The notes under the pieces are model-generated. The model saw only the letters and a program-made list of their open reading frames with translations, was not told the origin of the DNA and ran no database searches. 64,000 nucleotides of DNA from Octopus vulgaris (lineage: Eukaryota), in the NCBI GenBank assembly GCA_951406725.2, contig OX597820.1, forward strand, positions 116,188,001 to 116,252,000, in the 5' to 3' direction. The stretch's first letter is position 1, and each line of letters opens with the position of its first letter. Below, piece by piece: positions 1 to 11,722 of this stretch. The position numbers and the translations under genes are program-made.

Positions 1-528
1 AATATACGAGATAGACGAAAGATGGAAGGGATACTGGGAGGTGGCCACGGATTTGGAAAGACTAGTAATATATCTACTAATAGAAACGACAAAAAGACCA
101 GAATTAGTCCTATGGGGCAGAGAATAGGAATTTTGCTAGAACTGACAGTGCCATGGGAAGAGAACATCGGCAATGCAGAGGAATTGAAGGAGAAGAGGTA
201 TGAAGAACTAATCGAAGAGTGCAGAGAACAGGGATGGAATGTCGAGTATTACCACCTGGCAGTGGGGTCAATGGGTTTCCTTGAAAGAAAAATGACAACG
301 CTATTCAAAAGATTTGTCTTTTCTAGCCCCGAGCTGCGTAAACTAATAAGGAGAGTACAGGAGGCGGTCGAAAAAAGCCAGCTTCTATATATGGCTGAAG
401 CGGGAAGACCAAAAATGGCTTGAAAGCCATAACAGCACTAGGTGAGACGCTGAAGAAACGGGAAACCATTTCCGAGAAGCGGGGCGCACTTATCATCAGG
501 CGGGCCGCACTATTTAAAAAAAAAAAAA
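1..528 (+). mobile_element. 3' end of an RLE-type non-LTR retrotransposon (HERO/NeSL-like), degenerate
   Basis: ORF 22-423 contains LLELTVPWEENI...K..RYEEL...GW, typical of a restriction-like endonuclease domain. RPELVLW (RPD-type motif) lies in a shifted frame at ~94-114. Short 3' UTR ends in an A-run at ~516-528. Confidence 0.75.
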
Positions 529-913
529 ATTCAAGGTAATTTTTTGTTTGGTGTGCCACACAGAAAGTCACTTGGGCCGCAATTTGCTCATTAACTGCTC
601 TAAAATATAGCGGACACTGCTTTCATAAACCAAACAAATGAAGAATAAATTACAATTTTTGTCCACTCCCAGACTTTATTTTCCCCACAACTTCCTGAAA
701 AATATATAATTTATATGAATTTTTCTACTAATTCGTTTCAGATGGTGTAAATTATGATAATGTCGGAATTTGATGGGAAATAAAGAAAAAAAAACAACAA
801 AAAAAACTCGTGTGTGTGTGGAATGAGATTGGATAATTCACACATCTCGACTTTGTTTCCTCATGCGTTTTGATGATATATGTGAATTATCCGTCCCTCA
901 CTCACTTGATCAA

Positions 914-1023
914 TGTATGTATGTATGTATGTATGTATGTATGTATGTATGTATGTATGTATGTATGTATGTATGTATATATATATATATATGTATGTAT
1001 GTATGTATATATATGTATGTATG

Positions 1024-1070
<47 letters not shown>

Positions 1071-1083
1071 ATATATGTATGTA

Positions 1084-1143
<60 letters not shown>

Positions 1144-1161
1144 GTATGTATATATATATAT
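914..1161. repeat. compound (TATG)n/(TA)n microsatellite
   Basis: Directly visible; explains the MYVC/YIYI ORFs. Confidence 0.98.
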
Positions 1162-1480
1162 CTTCACATTAAGTTCGAATAGAAAATTTTATCGATGGTA
1201 TCCATTCTTCTGAAAGTTACAAAGGAACGAAGTCGGTGGGGAAGTTATGCCGGTTAAATGAGGGTAGATGCAGGCGTACTTATTCGTCACCTGCATTAAT
1301 TTATCAGGTTATAAGGTAACTGACGAACGAATGCTTTTGCTCCGGGAAACTGGGATGTGTCTAATATGCCCGTGTCTTAGAATAACCATCAAATACAGTA
1401 GCTCTAACACTTCGATAATTTTTGTCCATTTCTCGATCCACATTTAAAAATTTTTTTTTAATAATATATAATATATTTGC

Positions 1481-1760
1481 AGATCAACTTTGCCGTTCAT
1501 CCTTTCGGGGTCGATAGAGTAAAGTACCTATTTCTTTATTACCCACAAGGGGCTAAACACAGAGGGGACAAACAAGGACAGACATAGGTATTAAGTCGAT
1601 TACATCGACCCCAGTGCGTAACTGGTATTTAATTTATCGACCCCGAAAGGAGGAAAGGCAAAGTGGACCTCGGCGGAATTCGAACTCACAAGGTAACGGC
1701 AGCCGAAATACTGCTAAGCATTTCGCCCGACGTGCTAACGATTCTGCCAGCTCGCCAAAG
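1481..1760 (-). mobile_element. Meta-domain-like tRNA SINE (nested/partial copies)
   Basis: Reverse complement of the ggcgagctggcagaa...gagttcgaattccgccgaggtc..ctttgcctttc.tcctttcggggtcgataaattaa consensus seen in other copies in the window. Confidence 0.8.
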
Positions 1761-2353
1761 TACCAGATGAGCTGTAGGGTCGAGGTACTCGACTGGCTCC
1801 CTCCGCCATAATTCCACTCCGTGTGCTTATAGCAGAAAGAATATATTCTTTACAATTCTGATGTTATTCTATCTTCTTTGCTTAGATCGTTAATGCCTTT
1901 GAGTAAGGCTTATGTCTATCCCTTAATCTGATTTCTCTTCATGCAAAGGCTTCTTATACATATCTCTTAACCAAGACATTCCGTAAAAATTCAGTGTAAA
2001 ATAATTGCGACCATTTATAAAATCATATTAAATTTCATCTCTTCATTTATTAAATTATCGGGTTTCGTTATTTCGTGATAACTAAAATGACCGGGATGGA
2101 AAACCATTGAAGGTAGTTTCTCTTGAACGACAAGGGCAACATTTTTGAGGGAAGGGGTTAACCGATAGAATCGAGTATAGTATTTGATAGTTACTTTATT
2201 TTATTTTATCGATCCTGAAAGGATAACTTTGAACGTAAAGGACCGGAACAAATACGGCGAAGCATTTTCCCGTCGCTCCATCCAATCTGCTTGTCGCCTT
2301 AAGGTATTTTACTATAATGGGATTTATTTCCTCTGCCCTTCATTACAAATCCT

Positions 2354-2769
2354 GAATCTTTTCGGTTTGAACGGCAGCTTTTTCTAGCGGTGTCATATGA
2401 AATTGTCACCCATAATTATGACCCTAGTATCGATCTATTGCATTTCTATGTGTTTTAGGGTTAGGGTTAGAGGTGAGGAGAAGGGTATCTTTTTTTCTTC
2501 ACAAATGTAAATAAACCCAATCTGTTTCTTAAACGAGGGACATATTCATACGGCACAGAATGCTTTTTATCTCAATAGACGTCACTGATTGGTTGAAATT
2601 GCAGAAATTGAAGAAAAAAAAACAACAAATATCTTGCAAACTATAGAATTTTCTCAATAAAGCCAAGAGAAAAAGATGTTTTATAAACACATTCTACCAG
2701 TATACGAAGTTTAAAGTTTTGGTTACCTAGAAATTATGTTAAAAACTGCCGTTCAAACCGAAAAGATCC
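2354..2769. mobile_element. non-autonomous DNA transposon (MITE), Merlin-like
   Basis: ~24-bp TIR G(G/A)ATCTTTTCGGTTTGAACGGCAG at both ends. 8-bp TSD CAAATCCT at 2346-2353 and 2770-2777. The superfamily call is inferred from GG termini plus 8-bp TSD. Confidence 0.8.
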
Positions 2770-3418
2770 CAAATCCTTCCAAGGTCGACTTGCACATACC
2801 CGGGGGTTTACAAAATAAGGGGCAGGATAATTCTGAAGTTAATTCATTTCACTGTTTCATCACCATCAAAACTAGACATGTCCCTTGTCAAGATAAATCA
2901 GTGACAGATGGATTGTCAGATCACAGTGTTTAGCTACAACCCTTTACGTTCTGAGTTCAAACCCTACCAATATCAACTTTGCTTTTTCATCTTTTGTGGG
3001 GTCGGTAAATTACAGTAGCAGTCAAGTACTGACATAAATGTACATTCCTTCTATGCATCAGAGCTGTGAATGGAATTATAACCGTAGACTAAGACTAATA
3101 ATTTAGTTTAGGGCCCATTTAACTGTAAAGGTCGTTATAAAATCTTAATATATGTAGACAGCATTCGTAAATTATTTTTTAAATGTGAATTTTATTTCTA
3201 ATGTTGTTGTTGTTTAACCGTTCTAACCTCGAAAAACTTGTCTTTATTTGTTTTTCAGTTTATTTATTGAAGAATATTACTTAATGTGTACTTTTTTTGA
3301 GACTGTAAAGTGTGTTATTAGGAAGATCTGGCTGGTGTTTTTAGCAGGTTGAGCGACAATGTAGAAGCTCCCCTCACACGATTTGCTCTGTTCTCTGCAG
3401 ATGGTGGCGTGGTTGTTG

Positions 3419-3735
3419 GAGAAAGAGAGAGAGAGAGAATCAGAGAAGGAGTGGGGAGAGAATCAGAGAGAGGGGGAGAGAGAAAAAACAGAGAAAGAGA
3501 ATCAGAAAAAGAGGGGGAGATAGAATCAGAGAGAGGGGAGAGAGAAAAAACAGAGAAAGAGAATCAGAAAAAGAGGGGGAGAAAGAATCAGACAGACGGG
3601 GAGAGAGAAAAAACAGAGAAAGAGAATCAGAAAAAGAGGGGGAGAGAGAATCCGAGAAAGGAGAGAGAGAGAGAGAACAGAGAGAGGAGGAGCGAGAAAA
3701 AACAGAGAGAGAAAGAGAGATAGATAGAGAGGATG
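3419..3735. repeat. GA-rich low-complexity/minisatellite tract upstream of SYCP3
   Basis: Repeated gggagagagaaaaaacagagaaagagaatcagaaaaagaggggg units; source of ORF 3349-3723. Confidence 0.9.
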
Positions 3736-3980
3736 GAGGGTGTACGCGCGTATGAAAGAGAAAGTGTGTAAGACAGAGTGTAAGAGAGGAAGAGTGTGAG
3801 GAGGGAGACTGATCGCTGATTGGTCGGTTTAGTTTTCCAGTCGGTCAAATAAAGTTTCAGCCATCGAAGATCGATCTGTGATTTATTTTTGATTCTCGAT
3901 TGATAAAGACTGAAATCAATTTCATATCAATAGATAAGTCTCTCGAAATAATTGTTTTTTGTATTTTATCACTTAACAAG

Positions 3981-4074
3981 ATGCCGAGAAAAGTTGTAAA
4001 AAGAAGTGCATCTCCGTCAGACAAAGAAGAAATGTCGCCTGTTCTTGCTCGACACAGTTCGCCAGAAATGAGAG
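3981..4074 (+). CDS. SYCP3: synaptonemal complex protein 3, coding exon 1 (MPRKVVKRSASPSDKEEMSPVLARHSSPEMR)
   Basis: ATG at 3981; donor AG|gttaga at 4075; phase 1 joins exon 2 in frame. The N-terminus is poorly conserved, so this exon is less certain. Confidence 0.7.
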
Positions 4075-4419
4075 GTTAGAATTATAATCTCTTCTTCCTC
4101 TAATAAATAACCTTTAAATACTTCCTTTTATCGCTCTGATTATTTAGATACAGTAATTAAGTAATTTTCAATGAAATAAATTAAGTGTTGTCTTGTTTTA
4201 AGAGCACTTTCTCATTGTTAAAGACACGATCTTACATTCTCTGGTGACCAAACGACTTTTTCTTTCACGATTTCGATTGATGAAGAAGGAAATTCTCAAT
4301 AATTTCTGAACAAGAATTAATTATAATTAGTATTTCACGTAATCATTCCAATTGCTTCAATATTTTGCATACATATTTTAATTATTTTACTTCGTTTTTT
4401 CTTTCAGTCAGAGTGTTAC

Positions 4420-7100
4420 GTTCGGATGGTGCTTTTTACGTGTCACAATCATGGGGAGCCAGTCAGGCGGCACTGGCATCGACCCTACGTGTCACAATCA
4501 TGGGGAGCCAGTCAGGCGGCACTGGCATCGACCCTACGTGTCACAATCATGGGGAGCCAGTCAGGCGGCACTGGCATCGACCCTACGTGTCACAATCATG
4601 GGGAGCCAGTCAGGCGGCACTGGCACCGACCCACGCTTGAATGGTGTTTATTACGTACCACCAGCACAGGTGTCGGTCAGTTGGCACTGGAATCGGCAAC
4701 AACTACGATTTCTATATTGATTTCGATTTTATTTGATTCGATAGATCTTCTCAAGCACAAACATCTCACCCGACGATTCAAGGGTACTTTTTAAATGGGT
4801 CGGTTATGCGACACTGCTATCGGCCACGGCTGTGATCTCACTTTACTTGCTGGGTCTTCTCAATCACAGCATATCTCGGTCTCTTGTTATTGCCTCTGTG
4901 AGGCCCAATGTTCGAAGGTCGTGCTTCACCACCTCATTCTATGTCTTCCTGGGTCTCCCTCTTCCACGGGTTCCTTCCACTGACACTTCTTCACACAATT
5001 GCCCTCATCCATACGCAGCACATGACCACCCCAGCGCAGTCGTCGCTCTTGCACACCTCATCTGAAGATTCTTATGTCCAACTTTTCTCTCAGGGCGCTT
5101 ATGCCCTGTCGAGTATGCACACTGACATTACACATCCACATGTCCTCAACAGTCACGGCCCATGTTTCACTGCTGTGTAGCATGGCTGTTCACACACATG
5201 CATCATACAGTCTACCTTTCACTCTGAGCGAGAGGCCCTTTGTCTCCAGTAGAGGTAGGAGCTTTCTGGACTTTACCCAGGCTATTCTTATATTCTAGCA
5301 GCTATGCACTCAGAGCATCCACCCCAACTACAGACTTAGTCACCTACGTAGTGGAAGCTATCAACTACTTCTAGTTTATACCCCTGGCATGTGATGGAAT
5401 CTGTTTTCTGTACATCTGCAGTGTTTATTGCCCCTGTGCATCTGCCACACACAAAACCCGTCTTCACAGTTAACCATCCTTTGATGTTGCTGCGCCTCTT
5501 ATGTGTCCATAGCTTACACTGTGTACATCTTATGAGGTTTCTACCTACGCCTTTTCTACAGATCGAGCAGTACCATCTACCTGAAGGGGTTTGCCATTTG
5601 TCCACCTTCCTGATTTATAATACGGATGACGAGACCATAACCCACATCACCAGATATTTTAAGCATCTCAGCGGTGATTCCTGGTGGGTCGGGGACTTTC
5701 CTTGTCTTCATATCCTTAATTGCCTTATCTACCAAGGTACTGTCGATTCAGGTAGCTGATCCCTGAATTGGGTCAACATTTGGCAGGCTCTCCTCCTCCC
5801 ATTCATTCTCCACATTCAGCAGTCTTTCCTAATGGCATCTCCAAGCCTCTTTCCTTGCAGAATCATTAAACGCAAGTGCACCATTATCCATGTGGACACA
5901 TTTCTCTCCTAAGACATCACAATTTTCTCTCACACACTGTCTTACAATCTAAAATACTTCAGTTCTTTGGTCCTACATCACTGAACATTGACAAACTTCT
6001 TTTCTGCTTCTCCCTTGGCTATATATGCCTGTCTCTTAGCCTCCCTTCTCACTATCTGATACAGTTCCCTGCTACCCCAACACTTCCAGGTTTTCCAGGC
6101 CTGTTTCTTTGCTTTAATGGCCCTGTCTACAGTATTATTCCACAACCATGTTACCCTAGGTCTGGAAAAAACTTTGCACCAGCCACAGATTTGGTCTGTG
6201 GCATTCAGTAAGCTGTCAAGCAGGAATTCCCAGTTTCCCTCTATGCCACAAGTCTGTAGCTCTTCCTCCTTCTCATCAAATTTCTCAATGAGGATGTCCC
6301 TAAATCCCTGACCATGTGAAGAGTTCTTAAGCTTCCAAATCCTTTTATTCTGGATTGGTCTGCTTCTTGGTATCCTTGTGGCCTTGATTCTAAAGTCACT
6401 AATAACTAGTCTATGCTGGGGGGTACATTCTTCACCTTAATATTTAAGAGCAACCATGCATCTTGCTGTCTGGTGAGAATGAAATCAGTCTGGCTAATAG
6501 AGTTACCTGATTGATAGGTTATCAGGTGGCTGGCTTCCTGAAGTTGGTGTTGCTTGCATCACAGAAGTAGGTTGCTTGCATCACAGAACTCCAGTAGCCT
6601 AGTTCCCTCTTTGTTTCGGGAACCAATTCCATGGACCCCATAAACACCATGGAAGATACCAGATTGCTGTCCGACATGCTCATTAAAACCTCCATCCACA
6701 AAGATGAGGTCATTGTCACTCGTCTATGAGGTAGCCTGTAGAAGGACATCATAAAAGTGGTCCTTCTGTTCATTTGATAGGCCTGCTTGTGGGGCTTAGG
6801 CAGAGATAATTGTAGCTATACTATTCTGCAGGACTAGCCTGAGCCTATGCACTCTATCGCACACTCTACCTCCATGACCTTATCCACCCATTTCTCTGCA
6901 AGGAGTATGCCTACACTACCTACTCCGTCACTGTTACCTTCCCTGAAGATTTTATGCCTATGTGTTTTGCCTGTGAGGACCCTGGCTGAAGTTCCTCTCT
7001 ACTCTACCTCTTGTATGCAGCATACATCAACATCTCCGTTCAAGCATATCTACAATGTCACTAGACCTACCTTTCAATGTGCCTATATTGACAGTGCCAA
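4420..7100 (-). mobile_element. degenerate, internally deleted RTE-clade LINE
   Basis: Minus-strand remnants of an APE endonuclease (IISA*APQ, NTNFRK), a Cys-rich PHD-like insert, LEVVDSFHYVG and the RTE C-terminus; many stops and frameshifts. Confidence 0.85.
4437..4632. repeat. 4 x 49-bp tandem repeat within an RTE 3'-UTR-derived segment
   Basis: Unit tacgtgtcacaatcatggggagccagtcaggcggcactggcatcgaccc starts at 4437, 4486, 4535 and 4584; no spacers. Confidence 0.95.
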
Positions 7101-7470
7101 CTCTAGTTTAAATGTTTAGCTTTCACTAGCTAAATGGATGAGTAGATAAGTTAGTTGGATTACCAACTTAGTTGTGAGTTCATATTCTAATGGAGGAATT
7201 TTGATGAACGTCTTGGCCAAAGATTTTTTTTACATCACCTCAGTTTTTCTTGCAAGAGAACACCAACAGTATTGGAGATACATTTCCCATCTGTTTACCA
7301 CTTCAGAAACCAGAGTTAATCATGACTGGATCCTTGTATTTAGTAATAGATATTCTGACAGCTTTTAATTACTATTTTATGATTGTATTCTTTTCCTTTT
7401 GTCATTTCAAATTAACATCTGAGATGGTGAACAGCACTGATTGAGTTATTTTCTGGCTAAATTCTTTTAG

Positions 7471-7543
7471 ATGGAGAGTCACCAAATCTGCTAACTGTGA
7501 GCAAGAAAAAAGAGATCAAAGGAGTTAACGATGAAGAATTTGG
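7471..7543 (+). CDS. SYCP3: SYCP3 exon 2 (DGESPNLLTVSKKKEIKGVNDEEFG)
   Basis: ttcttttag acceptor; GG|gtacac donor; phases 1/2 fit the neighbouring exons. Confidence 0.75.
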
Positions 7544-8394
7544 GTACACCTCTATTCATATTATTTTGACATTCTCTTTAAAAATCTGAATGTTTTCCTC
7601 TTTTGTGTGAACATCATATCTATGTGGCAAGATATTCCTTTCTCTTTCACTCATAAGAAAAAGTAATTGCATATGTATTTGTATTACAAAAGCGTGAGAT
7701 GGCTCAGAATTAGCTAATGTTTTGTAAGCATTTATGTAAATCTCTAAAAATAAATGTAAAAGGTAATCCCCTCTTTCATTGCCCATCAAGAAATGTAATT
7801 TTTTTCCAGTTTATTACTTCAAAAGTTTAGAAGTCTGTCTCTGCTGAGAACTGAAAAAGGGTGATGTTTAGCATAGTTAACAGTTCAACTTTCGATATTC
7901 ATTGAACTAATGATATCATTAAAGCAGATACAGTTTAATTAATTTCTCAGACTCTTGAACTTCTATGATAATTTCCAGATATGTTTGCATATAATGAATT
8001 AAATGTAAATTATATATGACATGATCTCAAGTGTATGCAAATAACAATGCATGGATTTGTTGGACATGATATTAGCTGGAGTGTTGTATAAAACCTTTAC
8101 CAATTCCTCTATCCATCTAATTCAAGCCATCTTAAAGTTATGTGAGATGAAAATATACTGAAAATGAAAGGAAAATGAAAGGAAACAGTAGTTTTAGATA
8201 TATTTGATATTAATTTAATAGATTTAATGTGACTAGAAGTACTGCTAGGATTTGGCCTTTACCAGAAAGAGGAAATAATATAGCTCTGTTATAATGTGTT
8301 GAATTATGTAGGATGTCTTTCATAAGTTTACAGACCATTTTCCTGTTTAACATTTTAATAAATAATTTTCACATGTTTTTTATTAACTTTTCAG

Positions 8395-8429
8395 TTTCGA
8401 AATGAAGAAAATGCTGGAATCCTTTGAAG
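8395..8429 (+). CDS. SYCP3: SYCP3 exon 3 (FEMKKMLESFE)
   Basis: ttttcag acceptor; G|gtaagc donor; aligns to vertebrate EVQNMLE. Confidence 0.9.
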
Positions 8430-8542
8430 GTAAGCCTCATTTATTTCCAAGTTTTTTTCTTTTATGAATTGAATTATTCCTCCTCTTGCTGTTCTTTCCC
8501 TCTTCCACTACGATCATCACCATTATTATTGTAGGGGTGGTA

Positions 8543-8760
8543 AGGTGGTGAGCTGGCAGAATCATTTGCACTCCAGGTGAACTGCTTAGCAGTGTTTCAC
8601 CCATAGCTACATTCTGTGTTCAAATTCCACTGAGATCAACTTTGCCTTTCATCCTTTTGGGGTCAATAAATTAAGTACCAGTGAAACACTGGGGTTGATG
8701 TAATTGAGTAGTCCCCTCCCTCACAATTTCAGGCCTTGTGTCTATACTAGAAAAGATTAT
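8543..8760 (+). mobile_element. Meta-domain-like tRNA SINE
   Basis: ggtggtgagctggcagaa head; gttcaaattcc B-box; ctttgcctttcatccttttggggtcaataaattaagtacc core. Confidence 0.85.
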
Positions 8761-9931
8761 TGTAGGGGTGGTGAAATGGGAGATACAGAGGTATATAAGG
8801 GAGCTACAGTAAGTGGGGTGTGATCTATTATTTTCAATTTCTAGAAATCAACATAAATAAAACTGTTTTAATGGAAGTCACACATTGATTTACCTGCAAG
8901 TGAAAACTTGGTATTATTGGTATCTTGTTCCACTTGAAAAATTATTTTCCCTGACATATTCCATGAACACATATTTGATTTCTATTAGTTGTCATCTAAC
9001 CTTATGATATTTATAGAGTCATCATTCTAGTGAGGTTAAAATTTATAAAGAATATATCATTCCTAGATATATTCTTTAAGGAAGATCATATTGTTTGCAT
9101 GCAATAGTTCTTGAATATCATTGAGAAAATATACATAATTTATCATATTAACAAGAGCTGCTTCCATTGGCTTGAATTTATTTAATTAGCAATGTTTGAG
9201 TGAAAGGTAGAAATTTTGAATTTTGCCCATAGTGGGATGTGTAGCAAAAGGTGTTTTTGGTGTAGCAGATGAAGATAGGTGTGTTGGACGACATCAAAGG
9301 AAAACAATGAGGTAAGCATTGGACTGTAGTTTAAATAATTTATTTGATCAACTCTTGTATTTATGTGTTGAATATACAAAGTTTGATTCACAATATCAAT
9401 GAACCTTCATTGACACAGCTCAAGTCAGAGGTTGAATGGAAATCCATCCATCACTTTTTGACAGGACAGAAATTTCTTTCACGCCTGTTCGGCCAGTGGT
9501 GGATCAAGCGAGCAAGAATCCTTAAGATTCGATTTCGAATCTCAGCTCAGAAAATGAAATGTTAGTTTTTACACTACTATGGGCTATATCATATCGATCT
9601 GATATGGTACGTGTCAAAACAGTCCACCACAGGCCCTAAGGTTTTTTCCATGATTAAAAATACTAACATTTGTAAACTTCTAATACTTTTTATGTAAAAA
9701 CAATTCTTTAATAAGTTACAATTAGTAAAAGAACGATTTCTTTTTGACCATCTCTTTCTTTTGATGTGAAGTTTGTTATTCTTTCTAGAGGAATTTTGAA
9801 GGTAGTTTATTTTTTATAATAAAGTTTCCATTTTATTATATAATAAACACTTTTTGGTATTTATATCACACGAGGCTGCATTAATGTCAGAAACCAGTGA
9901 TATTTCAAAGTTTGATTGATTCCTTTGTTAG

Positions 9932-10049
9932 TTGACATAACCAAAACTTTGGCAAATAAACGCAAACGCCTGGAAACTTTTACTCAAAATAAAATGAAAA
10001 ACAGTAACAAGAAGATTGATGAAATATGGAAAATGCAACAAACTGAAAG
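9932..10049 (+). CDS. SYCP3: SYCP3 exon 4 (VDITKTLANKRKRLETFTQNKMKNSNKKIDEIWKMQQTER)
   Basis: Conserved CM1 motif DI.K.L..KRKRLE; AG/GT boundaries; 118 nt. Confidence 0.97.
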
Positions 10050-10231
10050 GTATTGGCATTTGATTTGTTTAATTTTAATTTTATTTTTAAAGATTAATAG
10101 ACAATTATAAACTCTAACTGATATACAGTAATCACTTGACTATCACGGTTGTTACGTTCCAAAGCCCCTGCAAAGTTGAAACAGTACAGTATATTTTTTA
10201 TAGTTTTTTAATTTGTATATATTTATTTTAT

Positions 10232-10548
10232 TCATCATCATCATCATCATTGTTGTTTAACGTCCGCTTTCCATGCTGGCATGGGTTGGACGGTTTGACT
10301 GAAGACTGGCGAGCCAGAGGCTGCACCAGGCTCAATCTGATCTGGCAATGTTTCTACAGCTGGATGCCCTTCCTAACGCCAACCACTCTGAAAGTGTAGT
10401 GGGTGCTTTTACATGCCACCAGCACGGGAGCCAGTCAGGTAGTTCTGGCAACGACAATGCTCAAAAGGTGTTTTTTACATGCTACCTGCATGGGAGCCAG
10501 TCCGGCAGCACTGGCAACGACCATCCTCGAATGTTGTTTTTCATGTGG
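10232..10548 (-). mobile_element. RTE 3'-UTR fragment with (GAT)n tail
   Basis: catcatcat...ttaacgtccgctttccatgct...ggatgcccttcctaacgccaacc. The same sequence follows the RTE ORF stop in the 30254-30831 copy. Confidence 0.85.
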
Positions 10549-11324
10549 CGGTAAAGTGACTAATGCAAAACAACACCATGGAGGAATCGATGTAAGCTTA
10601 AATAATAAACTGCAATAGGTGAACCGCAATACGGCAAGGGATTACTGTATATATATATATATATAATATACATATAAGAATCTCTACATTCCATCTGATG
10701 ACCTAAAGAATGAATATTTTTAGATCAAACATATCCAACATGTTATAAGTTACTCCATGTCTATATTGCAGTTGTTCTGAAGGTTTGTGTTTGAAATGGT
10801 ATTGTTCTGTGCATTACCATCATTATCTGTCCATTTTCCATGTTGGCACAGGTTGGATGGTTTGACAGATGCTGGCAAGTCATATTTAAGAGAATTTCAT
10901 ACTCTCGTTCAAATTACTTTTAATTCAATTGCATCAGATGTCTAAGCTTTGACTCCCATTTCCACTCACCAAACCCATTATAATTTAGACTGTACCTGTA
11001 AAGTGGTTGGCATCTGGAAGGGCATCCAGCTGTAAAAACCTTGCCAAAACTGACCTTACCTGTGCTTGTGCCGCATAAAAAGCACTGAGTCCACTTTGCT
11101 GAGTGGTTGGTGTTAGGAAGGGCATCCAGCTGTAAAAACCCTGCCAAAAAAGACACAGAAGTCAAGTGTAGGCTTCTGCCTGACCGGCTCCTGTCAAACC
11201 GTCCCACCCATTCCAGCATGGAAGGCAGACATTAAACAATGCTGATGATCTACACATATTTTTAATCCCTAGACATGTATTACAATCTCATTCTTATAAT
11301 GATATTTCTGTTGTTAAAATGCAG

Positions 11325-11424
11325 GCAGAAGCTGTATGATGACTATTGCAGTCAAATGAACAATATTCTACAACAATGGGATGTTGATTTGAACAAATCA
11401 AAAGAACAAGAAGAAAAACTACTG
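11325..11424 (+). CDS. SYCP3: SYCP3 exon 5 (QKLYDDYCSQMNNILQQWDVDLNKSKEQEEKLL)
   Basis: Cor1 domain QQWD.D..K..EQEEK; gcag acceptor and gtaaga donor. Confidence 0.97.
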
Positions 11425-11722
11425 GTAAGAAATGCAACATTAAATTTCCTTAACAAATGTCTCATTAATAACTGAACTTACTAAAGATGTTAGACTTCTT
11501 TCCATAGGTAATAGATTCAAGAAATACTGGGATATGCATCTTGAGTAAGACACTTTAATCTATCTAGATACCATTTCCCTATCAAGTAGAAATGATTGGA
11601 GGCAGCAGCTAATGATTCCAATCTATTCCTGCTAAGATGCCACAGTATTTATAATAAAACTAGGGCCAACATATACTTTGTAAACAAAACAAAAAAAAAA
11701 CACCTGGCAAATTGGTTTAGAT

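Noticed and set aside
863-1213. Long ORFs (MYVC/YIYI)
   Set aside because: Translation of microsatellites.
3349-3723. 124-aa E/R/K-rich ORF upstream of SYCP3
   Set aside because: Product of the GA-rich repeat; no splice or homology support.
4437-4632. CRISPR-like array
   Set aside because: Contiguous identical units with no unique spacers, part of an RTE 3' UTR, eukaryotic context and no cas genes.
10695-10735. Additional hammerhead-like motifs (CTGATGA...CAAAC here; CTGACGA...GAAAC at ~1320)
   Set aside because: Cores and stems are too decayed to support a call from single copies.
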